Part shown: positions 24,499 through 31,994 of the stretch, in pieces
Position numbering within the stretch: the stretch's first letter is position 1
Layout: each line of letters begins with the position of its first letter
IMG/VR virus record: IMGVR_UViG_3300045988_055798
DNA length: 40,247 bases
Source of the DNA: a virus
Reading direction: 5' to 3' (one strand)
Notes under the pieces: generated by a model
Databases searched by the model: none
What the model was told of the DNA's origin: nothing
Seen by the model: the letters and a program-made list of their open reading frames with translations, nothing else
Position numbers and translations under genes: made by a program

Positions 24499-24527
24499 TT
24501 GACAATTCGATAGACTTAGCTTAATAT
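24499..24527 (+). promoter_or_regulatory. Rightward sigma-70-type promoter
   Basis: TTGACA, 17 nt, TAATAT. Confidence 0.5.
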
Positions 24528-24556
24528 AGGATATCATGGAGTATTATGGATGTCAA
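24528..24556 (-). promoter_or_regulatory. Leftward promoter for the XRE gene, interdigitated with the rightward one
   Basis: Minus strand: TTGACA, 17 nt, TATCCT. The two -10 boxes abut at 24527/24528. Confidence 0.35.
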
Positions 24557-24597
24557 TAACGAGAGGGGGCACTTAATCTTGGTGCCCCCTTTTTCTT
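24534..24597 (+). ncRNA. Candidate ~60-nt transcript from the rightward promoter to the shared terminator
   Basis: Predicted start about 24534. Ends at the hairpin 24565-24589 plus T-tract. Only a 7-codon ORF (MEYYGCQ) lies inside. Confidence 0.3.
24565..24597. terminator. Intrinsic terminator, probably bidirectional (ends the holin operon and the rightward short transcript)
   Basis: GGGGGCAC-ttaatcttg-GTGCCCCC followed by TTTTTCTT on the plus strand. An A-tract precedes it on the minus strand. Confidence 0.7.
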
Positions 24598-24599
24598 GC

Positions 24600-25082
24600 C
24601 TATTTACTTTCTCTCTGGTCACCGCCGCCCAGCTTGTCCCCCGCGCCGTCCACAGTGGACTCCAGGGCGGCGATGGCCTTGCAGAGCCATGCGGGTACAG
24701 GCGCACCGAGGGCACCGATGTTCTCCACAATGCTCCCCAGCTCGGTCATGATATACCAGACCAGCACTAGAACACTCACAAATACCTCATACTGGAAGGG
24801 CAGCTCCAGTGCCGGAATGTTGGCGAGGATCAAACCGATCACCCCGTCCAGAATGGCGGCCACCAGGACGGCCACCACGGCCCCCAGCTTGTGCCACAGG
24901 CCGTCCCTTGCCACCTTGGACGACCACTCCCCGGCCCGGAGGGCGGCGGCGGTGCCGGTGCCGTAGTCGAGCGCCATACAGAGCAGCCAGGCAAGCACCA
25001 GCCAGCCAAACCAGCCCCACAGGGCCGTCAGACCGCCCAGCACGGCGGCGACCGCCGCCTTGAATCCGTTGATATGCTCCAT
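24600..25082 (-). CDS. Holin (toxin-secretion/phage-lysis holin family, TcdE-like)
   Basis: 160 aa with multiple TM segments. LDYGTGTAAALRAGEWSSKVARDGLWHK motif. Confidence 0.8.
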   Translation of the reverse strand: MEHINGFKAAVAAVLGGLTALWGWFGWLVLAWLLCMALDYGTGTAAALRAGEWSSKVARDGLWHKLGAVVAVLVAAILDGVIGLILANIPALELPFQYEVFVSVLVLVWYIMTELGSIVENIGALGAPVPAWLCKAIAALESTVDGAGDKLGGGDQRESK

Positions 25083-25083
25083 A

Positions 25084-26565
25084 TCAATCGTCCTCCCTTA
25101 CATAATCCGCCGTTTTCCCGATCAGGGCCTCCACAGTATCCTTGGAGTAGTTCCCGGCTTTCCAGTAGTCGGGCTGGTCAATAATGCCGACATTAGCCAG
25201 CGTGTCCACGTCGGTGTCCAACTTGGATACATTCGCCGTCTCTCCCCGGCAGAGCGCCAGGAACGCCTCCCAGGCCCCGGCGGTGGCCCGGATGGTCTTG
25301 GGACAGTCCTTGCCGTTCCAGCGGTTGTGCTGGACTACATTGTCCAGCGGGATGCCGTGCTCCTCCATGAGCAGGCGCACCAGGGCAGCCGCGTTGGCTT
25401 TGGCCGCCTCAAAGTTCCCTCCCGCGTTGACGCAGATCTCGATACCGATGCTGGTGGTGTTGCCCGGCCCATCCTTGCCGTCCCCAGCATGATACGCCGT
25501 CTCATAATCGGGCAGGTGCTGGACAATGGCGTGGTCGTCCACGGTGTAGTGCCAGCTCACCAGATCATCCTCCCCGGCGGCGCTGTCCAGGTAGACCCCG
25601 TGGGCCGCGGCGTCGGCGCCCTTGGCCGCGTTGCCGGTCTCATGGATTGTGATGTAGGTGTCCGGGTTGGTGTCCCTGCCCGGCCGGTTTTTGCGCCCGT
25701 CGGAGATGATATGCTCCTGGATGGCGATGCCGTTGTCTGTGGCCCTCTGAGGGCCCTCCACGGCCTCCAGATAGGCCAGGGACACCCAGCCCTTATCTGT
25801 CCTGCCCCAGCCGTCCCGGGCCTCCAGCACGTCCACCACGGCCCCGCAAGGGTACGCCCCCGCCTTGCCGTAGCCGGTGCCGGGGCCGCTGCGGATGTTG
25901 ACGCCGATGCTGGGCGTCACGGTGTACTTGCTCATAGGCTTGTCCTCCTGTTCCGGCGGCGTCTCAGTACCGCCCTGCTTGAGATACACGCAAATCCAGT
26001 TGTGAACCTTGCGGCTGGCGGTAATGCGCTCTCCGCCAAAGTCACACTGGCTGGAGCCGCCCCCGTCCAGCATGACGGCGGAGGACCAGCTCAGCCCGGC
26101 CAGCTCGTCCCGCAGAGTCTCCGGCGTGGCTGTATCCCTGGTACCGTTGCCGGAGCAGTAAAGGGCCAGACTGCCACCGCGCAGGCCGATGACGCTGCGC
26201 CCCCGCTTGCCCCCCTGGGCCGAGCCATAGGAGGGCTTATCCACCGGCTTGCCGGAGGCAATGAGGGCAGTAACCGCGATAAAGTTGGCCGCTCCCTCGT
26301 ACTCGGAGGTCATGCGGATGTCCGGGCCCTTGTCCCAGGCGTAGCCCATTGTCCTCCATGGTGTGCCGGAGCGCATTACCCCACCCACCTTGAGCAGCGG
26401 GCAGGCCGAGCCATCTGGGTTCCACATGCCGCCATTCAACACATAGTGGGCACCAGTCTCTGACTTGACCTGGGAAAGTGTCTTGCGGCAGTTGGTGACT
26501 CTCAGCTCAATCCGCTCCACGGACGAGAGCGGGATGTATGTAATGAGCTTACTCATTTGATTCAC
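25084..26565 (-). CDS. Multidomain endolysin: phosphodiester-glycosidase (NAGPA/DUF2233)-like + SH3b + N-acetylmuramoyl-L-alanine amidase (Amidase_2) + C-terminal tail
   Basis: VLNGGMW...MLDGGGSS in the N-terminal domain. VNIRSGPGTGY...WVSLAYL is SH3b-like. ITIHETGN..WHYTVDD..YHAGDG..SIGIE is the amidase. Confidence 0.8.
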   Translation of the reverse strand: MNQMSKLITYIPLSSVERIELRVTNCRKTLSQVKSETGAHYVLNGGMWNPDGSACPLLKVGGVMRSGTPWRTMGYAWDKGPDIRMTSEYEGAANFIAVTALIASGKPVDKPSYGSAQGGKRGRSVIGLRGGSLALYCSGNGTRDTATPETLRDELAGLSWSSAVMLDGGGSSQCDFGGERITASRKVHNWICVYLKQGGTETPPEQEDKPMSKYTVTPSIGVNIRSGPGTGYGKAGAYPCGAVVDVLEARDGWGRTDKGWVSLAYLEAVEGPQRATDNGIAIQEHIISDGRKNRPGRDTNPDTYITIHETGNAAKGADAAAHGVYLDSAAGEDDLVSWHYTVDDHAIVQHLPDYETAYHAGDGKDGPGNTTSIGIEICVNAGGNFEAAKANAAALVRLLMEEHGIPLDNVVQHNRWNGKDCPKTIRATAGAWEAFLALCRGETANVSKLDTDVDTLANVGIIDQPDYWKAGNYSKDTVEALIGKTADYVREDD

Positions 26566-26594
26566 ATCCTTTTATCCAGCGATCCCGCTGTTGA

Positions 26595-26744
26595 TTACTG
26601 TTCCTGGGCCAGCAGCCCGGCCAGCTCCTGGTACTCCTCCGGGGTGAGCCGGTCGGCGGCGAGATAGACATCCATCTTGTCCTGTAGGCCGTCGGTGCGG
26701 CCCCGGTCAATGAGCAGCTTGCATAGGTTGTATACGGTTGTCAT
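26595..26744 (-). CDS. XkdX-like small tail-associated protein (49 aa)
   Basis: ATG 26744 after AAGGAG. MTTVYNLCKLLIDRGRT...LTPEEYQEL resembles XkdX. Confidence 0.55.
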   Translation of the reverse strand: MTTVYNLCKLLIDRGRTDGLQDKMDVYLAADRLTPEEYQELAGLLAQEQ

Positions 26745-26757
26745 GGCGTCTCCTTTC

Positions 26758-27066
26758 TCATGTGGCAGCGGTGAGTTCCAGCATGCACAGCCGCGCCTCG
26801 TGCTCGGACAGCATGTCCAGAGTGATGTCCTCTGCGAGGGGCGGCTGGGGTTCCGGCTCCGGCTCTGGAGGCCGCTCAGTAGGCGTGATGCCCACCAGCT
26901 TGTCCCCCTGGATGTCCAGGTCACACCAGCCATAGGTCGCCCACACCGCGTCATGGAGGTGGGCGGGCACCTCTATGTAGCCATCCAGCCAGCAGGCGCG
27001 CCGCCCGCTCTGGCTCTGGATCGGGTGCTGGCCGCTTTCCAGCGGGTTAATTTTGATAATTGTCAT
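26758..27066 (-). CDS. Hypothetical protein in the XkdW position (102 aa)
   Basis: Follows the fibre gene. Contains a PEPEPEPQPP linker. Confidence 0.45.
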   Translation of the reverse strand: MTIIKINPLESGQHPIQSQSGRRACWLDGYIEVPAHLHDAVWATYGWCDLDIQGDKLVGITPTERPPEPEPEPQPPLAEDITLDMLSEHEARLCMLELTAAT

Positions 27067-27077
27067 TTCAGTTCACC

Positions 27078-27842
27078 TCATTTCCAAGTCAAATAATAAT
27101 ATTTCTGGCTGGCGACATTGGTACGGCCGTTGTGATTGGCGCTAGTCCCGTCAAATACTTGGAATCCACCCTCTACAACGCTCACTACATTGCTATTGAC
27201 CTCTGCGGCTGGATATCCATCAAGCGCCAACCCTTCGGCGTAATGATTTTGGTATCCCCGGCTAAGTATACCGTTTTGGCAAACCAATACTGCTTTGGGC
27301 GTAAAGCCTAATTGTATTGTTTGGCTAGGAGCACCATCGCCAATGTACGTTCCCATGACCACGCGGGAGGATCCCACCTGTGCATCTACGTACTGCTTGT
27401 TAGCGGCGTCCGTTAGGTCAGTAGGAGCGGCCAGATTGGCTATCTTGTGACCACTCATGCTAATTGCCCCGGACATGACTCCACCGGAACTTGCAAGAGC
27501 CCCCACCTGCTCCGCCGTGACGGCGTGGGGGTTGTCCTTGTTCCCGGTGTGGGCGGTCAGGGCCTTCTGCACCGCCTCCGCGCTGCCCGCCGGGTCATAG
27601 TTCATCGCCGGAAGCTGTCCGGCGGGCACCTTGCCATCGGGCCCCAGCGTCGCCAGTCCCGAAAATGCCTCTCCGATCTCTTTAGCGGCCGTCTGCGCTG
27701 CGTTGACCTGCTCCATGAGGTAGTTGTAGCCGTGCTGCTCGCTCAAGCCCACCTCTGCCCCGGTGGGGGCCACGGTCTGTCCGCCGGTCCAGTCCTCCGG
27801 CAAGTCCGCCGGAAGCGGAGTTTTGATCGGATTTTCAGCCAT
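27078..27842 (-). CDS. Tail fibre / receptor-binding protein
   Basis: 254 aa downstream of the baseplate genes. Fibre-type motifs GHKIANLAAPTDLTDAANKQYVD. Confidence 0.65.
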   Translation of the reverse strand: MAENPIKTPLPADLPEDWTGGQTVAPTGAEVGLSEQHGYNYLMEQVNAAQTAAKEIGEAFSGLATLGPDGKVPAGQLPAMNYDPAGSAEAVQKALTAHTGNKDNPHAVTAEQVGALASSGGVMSGAISMSGHKIANLAAPTDLTDAANKQYVDAQVGSSRVVMGTYIGDGAPSQTIQLGFTPKAVLVCQNGILSRGYQNHYAEGLALDGYPAAEVNSNVVSVVEGGFQVFDGTSANHNGRTNVASQKYYYLTWK

Positions 27843-28740
27843 TGCTTACCACTCCTTCCGCGACGGGGATAATGTGCTTCAAGACCACATTCGTGGTAAC
27901 AGGGATATACACGGTAGAGGACGTGAGGATATTCCCCTCTGCATCCAGCAGTTCCAGGGCGGTGATCTCTGTGGCCTGGGACGGCATGATGGTATAGGTG
28001 ACGGTCAGCTCCGACCCCTCCACGGTCTTGGTCAGTCCGGTAATCGCAACTGTTCCGTTGACCCGGGCGGAGGCCACATCGCCGCTGACGAAGTTCGCCA
28101 CACCGGCCAAGAGGGCCTGCTGGATGGATGGCGTCTCAGGCATCTTAATCACTCCCTCCGGGCCGTCGGTTGCGAAGGGCAGCCGCCCCAGCTCCCACGC
28201 CCCCAGCTTGTAGTTATAAATTCTCTGCGCGGACGAAATTATCTCGGAGAGCAGCAGCCCCGTCCGCACAAACGGGGCGTTGACCCACACGATATGCGCC
28301 GGTTTGATACGGTTGATGGTGAAAGCCAGCTCAGTGGCGTAGTTCTGGTTTTGGGCCGCGCTTTCGATATAAAGTGTGTAGTTTGGGTAGTCTACCGTGA
28401 CCTTCCATTCACCCGGCCCAATCAGCTCGTCCAGCTTTTGATAGAGGAATCCCAGGGTATAGGGCGGACGGGTAGAAATGCGGTTGAGCACGCGGGTCCT
28501 TCGGAATGCCAGGCTTTCCACCTGTGGGTTTGGTACAATTCGGAATACCTGCTCCCACATGCCAACCGCCCTCTCGTCCATCGTCTGGAAAAAGAAATTG
28601 TCAGCCACACCCACGATTTCCTCCGCCAGGGCCTCAAACTGCTGCTGTTCGGTCAAGCAGATCTGCTGATAGTCCAGCACCTCCCGGTACCACGGGGGCA
28701 ACAGGGACAGCAGGCTGGTATCCAGCTCAATTGGATTCAT
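27835..28740 (-). CDS. DUF2313 (XkdU/YmfQ, gpI-like) baseplate protein with C-terminal extension
   Basis: LLSLLPPWYREVLDYQQI...RRTRVLNRI... Confidence 0.7.
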   Translation of the reverse strand: MNPIELDTSLLSLLPPWYREVLDYQQICLTEQQQFEALAEEIVGVADNFFFQTMDERAVGMWEQVFRIVPNPQVESLAFRRTRVLNRISTRPPYTLGFLYQKLDELIGPGEWKVTVDYPNYTLYIESAAQNQNYATELAFTINRIKPAHIVWVNAPFVRTGLLLSEIISSAQRIYNYKLGAWELGRLPFATDGPEGVIKMPETPSIQQALLAGVANFVSGDVASARVNGTVAITGLTKTVEGSELTVTYTIMPSQATEITALELLDAEGNILTSSTVYIPVTTNVVLKHIIPVAEGVVSNG

Positions 28741-29848
28741 TCAGCGTCACCGTCCCTATCACGGGCACCTGCTGGGTTTCGCCCGTCTCCGTCAAGAGGA
28801 GATCTGCCGTACCGCCGTTGAGCTGCACGTTGGTGGCGTTGACCACGCCGGCCACCCCTACGATAGCGGCGGTAACCCTGGCCACGTACACATCGGCAGC
28901 GTAGGACACGTTGTTGGAGGACACGTTGGCGTCCCACCCCTGCCGCACACTGCGCAGATATGTCTCAATGGCCTGCTCCACCGGTTCCTGCACCTGTCCG
29001 ATGGCATGTCCGGCGGCCAGCAGGAGAGTGGCGGAGACATTCACCGCCAACTCTGTCGGGGCCACCGCCGTCACCTTTGCCCCGATAGGGGCCAAGCCCA
29101 GCCCCAGCCCCTGGTTGGGGGGCGGGTCGATGGCATTCTGCACCTTCTCCACCAGTGTGGATGAGGCAGGCAGGAAGTCCGCCCCCAGCACGGACAGCTT
29201 CACAGTGCCACCGCCGTTCCAGGTGGGGTATACCTGCACCCCGCCCACGCCGTCAATGGCGAGGACGTTCTGGCGGTAGTCGGCAATATTGCCGCCAAAG
29301 GGACGGTTATTGAGCGCCTCAATCAGCCGTTCCCGAAATGCGCTGTCGGTCTCCGTGTCGTCACCAGGCACCAGGATATCCGTAATCTGTGCACTGGTCA
29401 GCCCCGGGATGGCGGTAATCGGCAGGATGGGCCCGGTGTACTCGTTTCCGATGGCGCCGGGGGTCTCCGCGGCCAGCTGGTACTGGTTCCCCGTATCGGT
29501 TGCCGCCGTTACGGTAAAGTTGATTGAGCCCGCTCCGTTGATGGTGGAGAACCGGGCTCCAATGGGCACAGAGGTATTGAACACGCCCAGGCGTACCGCG
29601 GCGGAGGCCGGATATCGGGTCAGGCCGCCAATCACAGCCAGCATATCCAGGGAATCCCCCACTGCTGTCTGCACGAAGGCCGCCCGCTGTACCTGATCCA
29701 GGCTGAGATAGAACCCCGCCAGGGTGTAGGCCGCCGGAGAGATGGCCGTCGGGATGGGGGCCGTGTCCCGCTTGTCATAAGTATCGGGCACCCGGTCCAG
29801 CATCTCCTGACGGAGGCTCGCATAGGTCTCTTGAGTAAAGTCAATCAT
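28727..29848 (-). CDS. Baseplate J-like protein (XkdT type)
   Basis: 373 aa. N-terminal FTQETYASLRQEMLDRVP. Position and size fit. Confidence 0.8.
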   Translation of the reverse strand: MIDFTQETYASLRQEMLDRVPDTYDKRDTAPIPTAISPAAYTLAGFYLSLDQVQRAAFVQTAVGDSLDMLAVIGGLTRYPASAAVRLGVFNTSVPIGARFSTINGAGSINFTVTAATDTGNQYQLAAETPGAIGNEYTGPILPITAIPGLTSAQITDILVPGDDTETDSAFRERLIEALNNRPFGGNIADYRQNVLAIDGVGGVQVYPTWNGGGTVKLSVLGADFLPASSTLVEKVQNAIDPPPNQGLGLGLAPIGAKVTAVAPTELAVNVSATLLLAAGHAIGQVQEPVEQAIETYLRSVRQGWDANVSSNNVSYAADVYVARVTAAIVGVAGVVNATNVQLNGGTADLLLTETGETQQVPVIGTVTLNESN

Positions 29849-29861
29849 GTACTCACCTCAC

Positions 29862-29898
29862 AATAAAAAATCCCGCTGCCTCATACCGAGACAGCGGG
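29862..29898 (-). terminator. Strong rho-independent terminator abutting the baseplate-J RBS
   Basis: Minus strand: CCCGCTGTCTC-GGTAT-GAGGCAGCGGG (11 bp, one G-U pair) followed by ATTTTTTATT. Confidence 0.8.
29879..29895. repeat. Left arm of the 17-nt inverted repeat bracketing the cassette
   Basis: cctcataccgagacagc. Its reverse complement gctgtctcggtatgagg matches 32044-32060 at 16 of 17 positions. Confidence 0.85.
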
Positions 29899-29905
29899 AA
29901 GATGG

Positions 29906-30454
29906 TTATGCGGTTAGTCCCTTCGCACCGTCCATCCCCGGAAGACACATCTGTCCGGGAATTTGGCGGTTCAGGGAAACGGGAACCGGAATGTTCCAGG
30001 TGACGAACACGTCTCTTGCCATTGCGCCCACCTCCTGGGGCGTACTCCCCATGTCCAGCATCACCCGGCGGGTAACGCGAATCAGGTTTGCAATTGCGTT
30101 GGGGGATACTTCCGGGGCAAGTCGGGCGGGGGCTGTCAACTGCTCGCTCATCTTCTCGAAGGCCGTCACATAGGCGGCAGTGAACAGCACCCCCTTCTTG
30201 CCGGGCATTTTGTTGGCGATCATGTCACAACCCTTTCGGGTAATCAGGTAGCAGGGGAGTTCTCGGCCAGTTAAATCTTTATAGCTGGACTGAATGAAGA
30301 AATCACTGAGGGGGACTTCGCCCTCAGTAAGATACCCGGAATATGTACGGATACTTTTCAAAAGCTCGTTGTGGCTCCGCTCTACCATCCGCGCCACATC
30401 ACGGCTATCTACCACGTCCACGTCGTGGAAGTTGAAAACTTTTAGCTCGTTCAT
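29906..30454 (-). CDS. Rha-family phage regulatory protein
   Basis: Start at ATG 30454 (MNELKVFNFHDVDVVDSRDVARMVERSHNELLKSIR) after AAGGA. Confidence 0.7.
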   Translation of the reverse strand: MNELKVFNFHDVDVVDSRDVARMVERSHNELLKSIRTYSGYLTEGEVPLSDFFIQSSYKDLTGRELPCYLITRKGCDMIANKMPGKKGVLFTAAYVTAFEKMSEQLTAPARLAPEVSPNAIANLIRVTRRVMLDMGSTPQEVGAMARDVFVTWNIPVPVSLNRQIPGQMCLPGMDGAKGLTA

Positions 30455-30486
30455 TGATTCTATCCTTTCTACCAGTTGTTGTGCCC

Positions 30487-30687
30487 TCACAGCCCCAAAT
30501 AGAAGGTAAAGAGTCCACTAGCTACCCCGGCGGACTCCAGCCGCTCTTGGGCCAGCTCCTTTGCCTGTTTGCTGTCCAGCCTCGCCAGGGCGCAAGCGTC
30601 CGACTCGTAGTAGCTCTCCAAGTCCCGCATGGCCTCAATCGTGGCCGTCAGAATCTCCTGCGGAATCAGATACATTACTTCATTCAT
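30487..30687 (-). CDS. Hypothetical 66-aa protein
   Basis: ATG 30687 (MNEVMYLIPQ...) after GAGGAAA. Confidence 0.45.
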   Translation of the reverse strand: MNEVMYLIPQEILTATIEAMRDLESYYESDACALARLDSKQAKELAQERLESAGVASGLFTFYLGL

Positions 30688-30697
30688 GGCCGTTTCC

Positions 30698-31270
30698 TCA
30701 CGACCGGGCGGGAAGTTCACGTTCAACCGCCCGTTTTATGTCCGTGGCATCAAATACGGAATCAAAATACAACATGCGAAGTGTATCGCTGAGCGGTATA
30801 AGATACTCTGCACTCGTGAACCTCTCTATCATACCCCGTATTACTTCTATGGCGGCGTTCCGTTCTTTTACACGTTTCAGAAGTTCGTCCACAGATTTCC
30901 GTGGCGTTTCCACTTTAGGCGGCTCCGTCCGTTTGTTGAAGTAATTCCGCACAAGCTCCCGCTGCACCTTCCACGCCAGATCGTCCGTGAAGGACTTCAC
31001 CAGCATTAAGTAGCCGGTCTCGGTAATCAGGGTAACATCCATGCACTGTCTTGTATCCATCCCGCCGAACGCTGTCCGAAATTCGGACGCCGTTATTTTG
31101 AAGAAGTCGGTTCCCTCAAGAAACCGCTCCCGGTGGTCGTTGAAGCGCTTCCGGGCCGTACCGGGCGCTCTGCCGTGTACGGCGTCGATTTCCCGGAACG
31201 TAACCACCCTCTGGCCCAGATACTCTTTCACGGCCAGATTCTGGCCATTGACCGCCATATATTCGTTCAT
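30698..31270 (-). CDS. ORF6N-domain (KilA-N-related) antirepressor-like protein
   Basis: GQRVVTFREIDAVHGRAPGTARKRFNDHRERFLEGTDFFKI matches the ORF6N pattern. Confidence 0.8.
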   Translation of the reverse strand: MNEYMAVNGQNLAVKEYLGQRVVTFREIDAVHGRAPGTARKRFNDHRERFLEGTDFFKITASEFRTAFGGMDTRQCMDVTLITETGYLMLVKSFTDDLAWKVQRELVRNYFNKRTEPPKVETPRKSVDELLKRVKERNAAIEVIRGMIERFTSAEYLIPLSDTLRMLYFDSVFDATDIKRAVERELPARS

Positions 31271-31282
31271 AAAAACCTCCTG

Positions 31283-31311
31283 TTGTTTTTCCCAGAAGGC
31301 TGTGGCATAAT
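31283..31311 (+). promoter_or_regulatory. Antisense promoter, unit B
   Basis: TTGTTT, 17 nt, CATAAT with a TGg extension. Same geometry as unit A. Confidence 0.55.
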
Positions 31312-31317
31312 AGATTT

Positions 31318-31391
31318 GCCAAACCTTTTGGGTTGGGTGGCAGGGTGCTCGTTGTTCTCTTGGTCGGGAGAACGGGCACCCTGTTTTTATT
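31318..31391 (+). ncRNA. Candidate ~74-nt cis-antisense RNA, unit B
   Basis: From about 7 nt after the -10 to the hairpin CAGGGTGC..GTTCTC-ttggtcgg-GAGAAC..GCACCCTG followed by TTTTTATT on the plus strand. Confidence 0.5.
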
Positions 31392-31560
31392 CACCGAGTT
31401 CTTCGTCGATCTTTCGATTGAGCCATTCTGCTTTAGAGATTTGCAGTTCTTTTAGTTTTTGCTCAAACTGCTCCATCTTCTGACGTTCAATCTCGACCGT
31501 AAACGACTTAAACTTGATTCTCCGCTCTTTGAAGTACTCGGCCCTGCTCTCAGGTGCCAC
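31387..31560 (-). CDS. Ribbon-helix-helix protein, unit B (57 aa, Arc/CopG-like)
   Basis: GTG start 7 nt after AAGGAGG. (M)APESRAEYFKERRIKFKSFTVEIERQKMEQFEQKLKELQISKAEWLNRKIDEELGE. Shares the MAP start with unit A. Confidence 0.55.
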   Translation of the reverse strand: MAPESRAEYFKERRIKFKSFTVEIERQKMEQFEQKLKELQISKAEWLNRKIDEELGE

Positions 31561-31586
31561 ATCTTCACCTCCTTGTTACGGGCAAC

Positions 31587-31615
31587 ATTATATTATGTTG
31601 CGGGCAACAAGTCAA
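31587..31615 (-). promoter_or_regulatory. Consensus sigma-70-type promoter B with operator-like repeats
   Basis: Minus strand: TTGACT, 17 nt, TATAAT. GTTGCCCGCAAC and GTTGCCCGTAAC flank the -10. A/T-rich AAAATTTTAAAAA lies upstream. Confidence 0.65.
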
Positions 31616-31683
31616 GAGATTTTTAAAATTTTATTCTGTGCGGCGATGGTAATGTCCTGTCCGTTGATTGCTAGGGTGTTCAA
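31612..31683 (-). pseudogene. Truncated 5' remnant of a second ORF6N-type gene (23 codons)
   Basis: AGGAGG, 7 nt, TTG. MNTLAINGQDITIAAQNKILKIS-stop aligns with MNEYMAVNGQNLAVKEY of the intact gene, then runs into promoter B. Confidence 0.5.
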
Positions 31684-31699
31684 TCTAAAAACCTCCTGA

Positions 31700-31728
31700 T
31701 TGATTTTCCCGCGGAGGTCTGGTAGAAT
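31700..31728 (+). promoter_or_regulatory. Antisense promoter, unit A
   Basis: TTGATT, 17 nt, TAGAAT with a TGg extension. Confidence 0.55.
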
Positions 31729-31734
31729 AGATTT

Positions 31735-31808
31735 GCCAAACCTCCGGGTGTGGTGCATAAGGCAATCGGGTACAGCTTCCTACGGCGGGCCCGGTTGTCT
31801 TATTTTTT
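31735..31808 (+). ncRNA. Candidate ~74-nt cis-antisense RNA, unit A
   Basis: Shares the 5' GCCAAACCT with unit B. Ends at the hairpin AAGGCAATCGGG...CCCGGTTGTCTT followed by ATTTTTT. Confidence 0.5.
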
Positions 31809-31964
31809 GACCGCTTCAATCCCCTTACGAATCAGCTCAAGTAGAGAAAATCCACTCTTCCGTGTGAAGTCTTGAATCTCTGCTTTTTCTTTTGGAGTTA
31901 CCCTTATAAATAGCCGTTCGGTCTTAGGGTTATCGCTTTTCGGTCTTCCTTGTGACGGAGCCAC
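31800..31964 (-). CDS. Ribbon-helix-helix protein, unit A (54 aa, MobC/CopG-like)
   Basis: GTG start after AAAGGGGGTG. (M)APSQGRPKSDNPKTERLFIRVTPKEKAEIQDFTRKSGFSLLELIRKGIEAVKK. Confidence 0.6.
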   Translation of the reverse strand: MAPSQGRPKSDNPKTERLFIRVTPKEKAEIQDFTRKSGFSLLELIRKGIEAVKK

Positions 31965-31994
31965 CCAAACACCCCCTTTATTGTCCGCACATTA

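Noticed and set aside
25060-26463. 467-aa plus-strand ORF, and similar long plus-strand ORFs at 3542..4777, 27763..28821, 32923..34128, 34110..35027 and 36746..37705
   Set aside because: They run antisense to well-supported minus-strand genes. They are Pro/Gly/Arg/His-rich with low complexity, have no RBS, and are typical stop-poor shadow frames of GC-rich coding DNA.
26595-26954. 119-aa version of the XkdX-like ORF
   Set aside because: The N-terminal 70 aa overlap the preceding gene and are Arg/Ser/Trp-rich. The internal ATG at 26744 has an AAGGAG RBS and gives a typical XkdX-size product.
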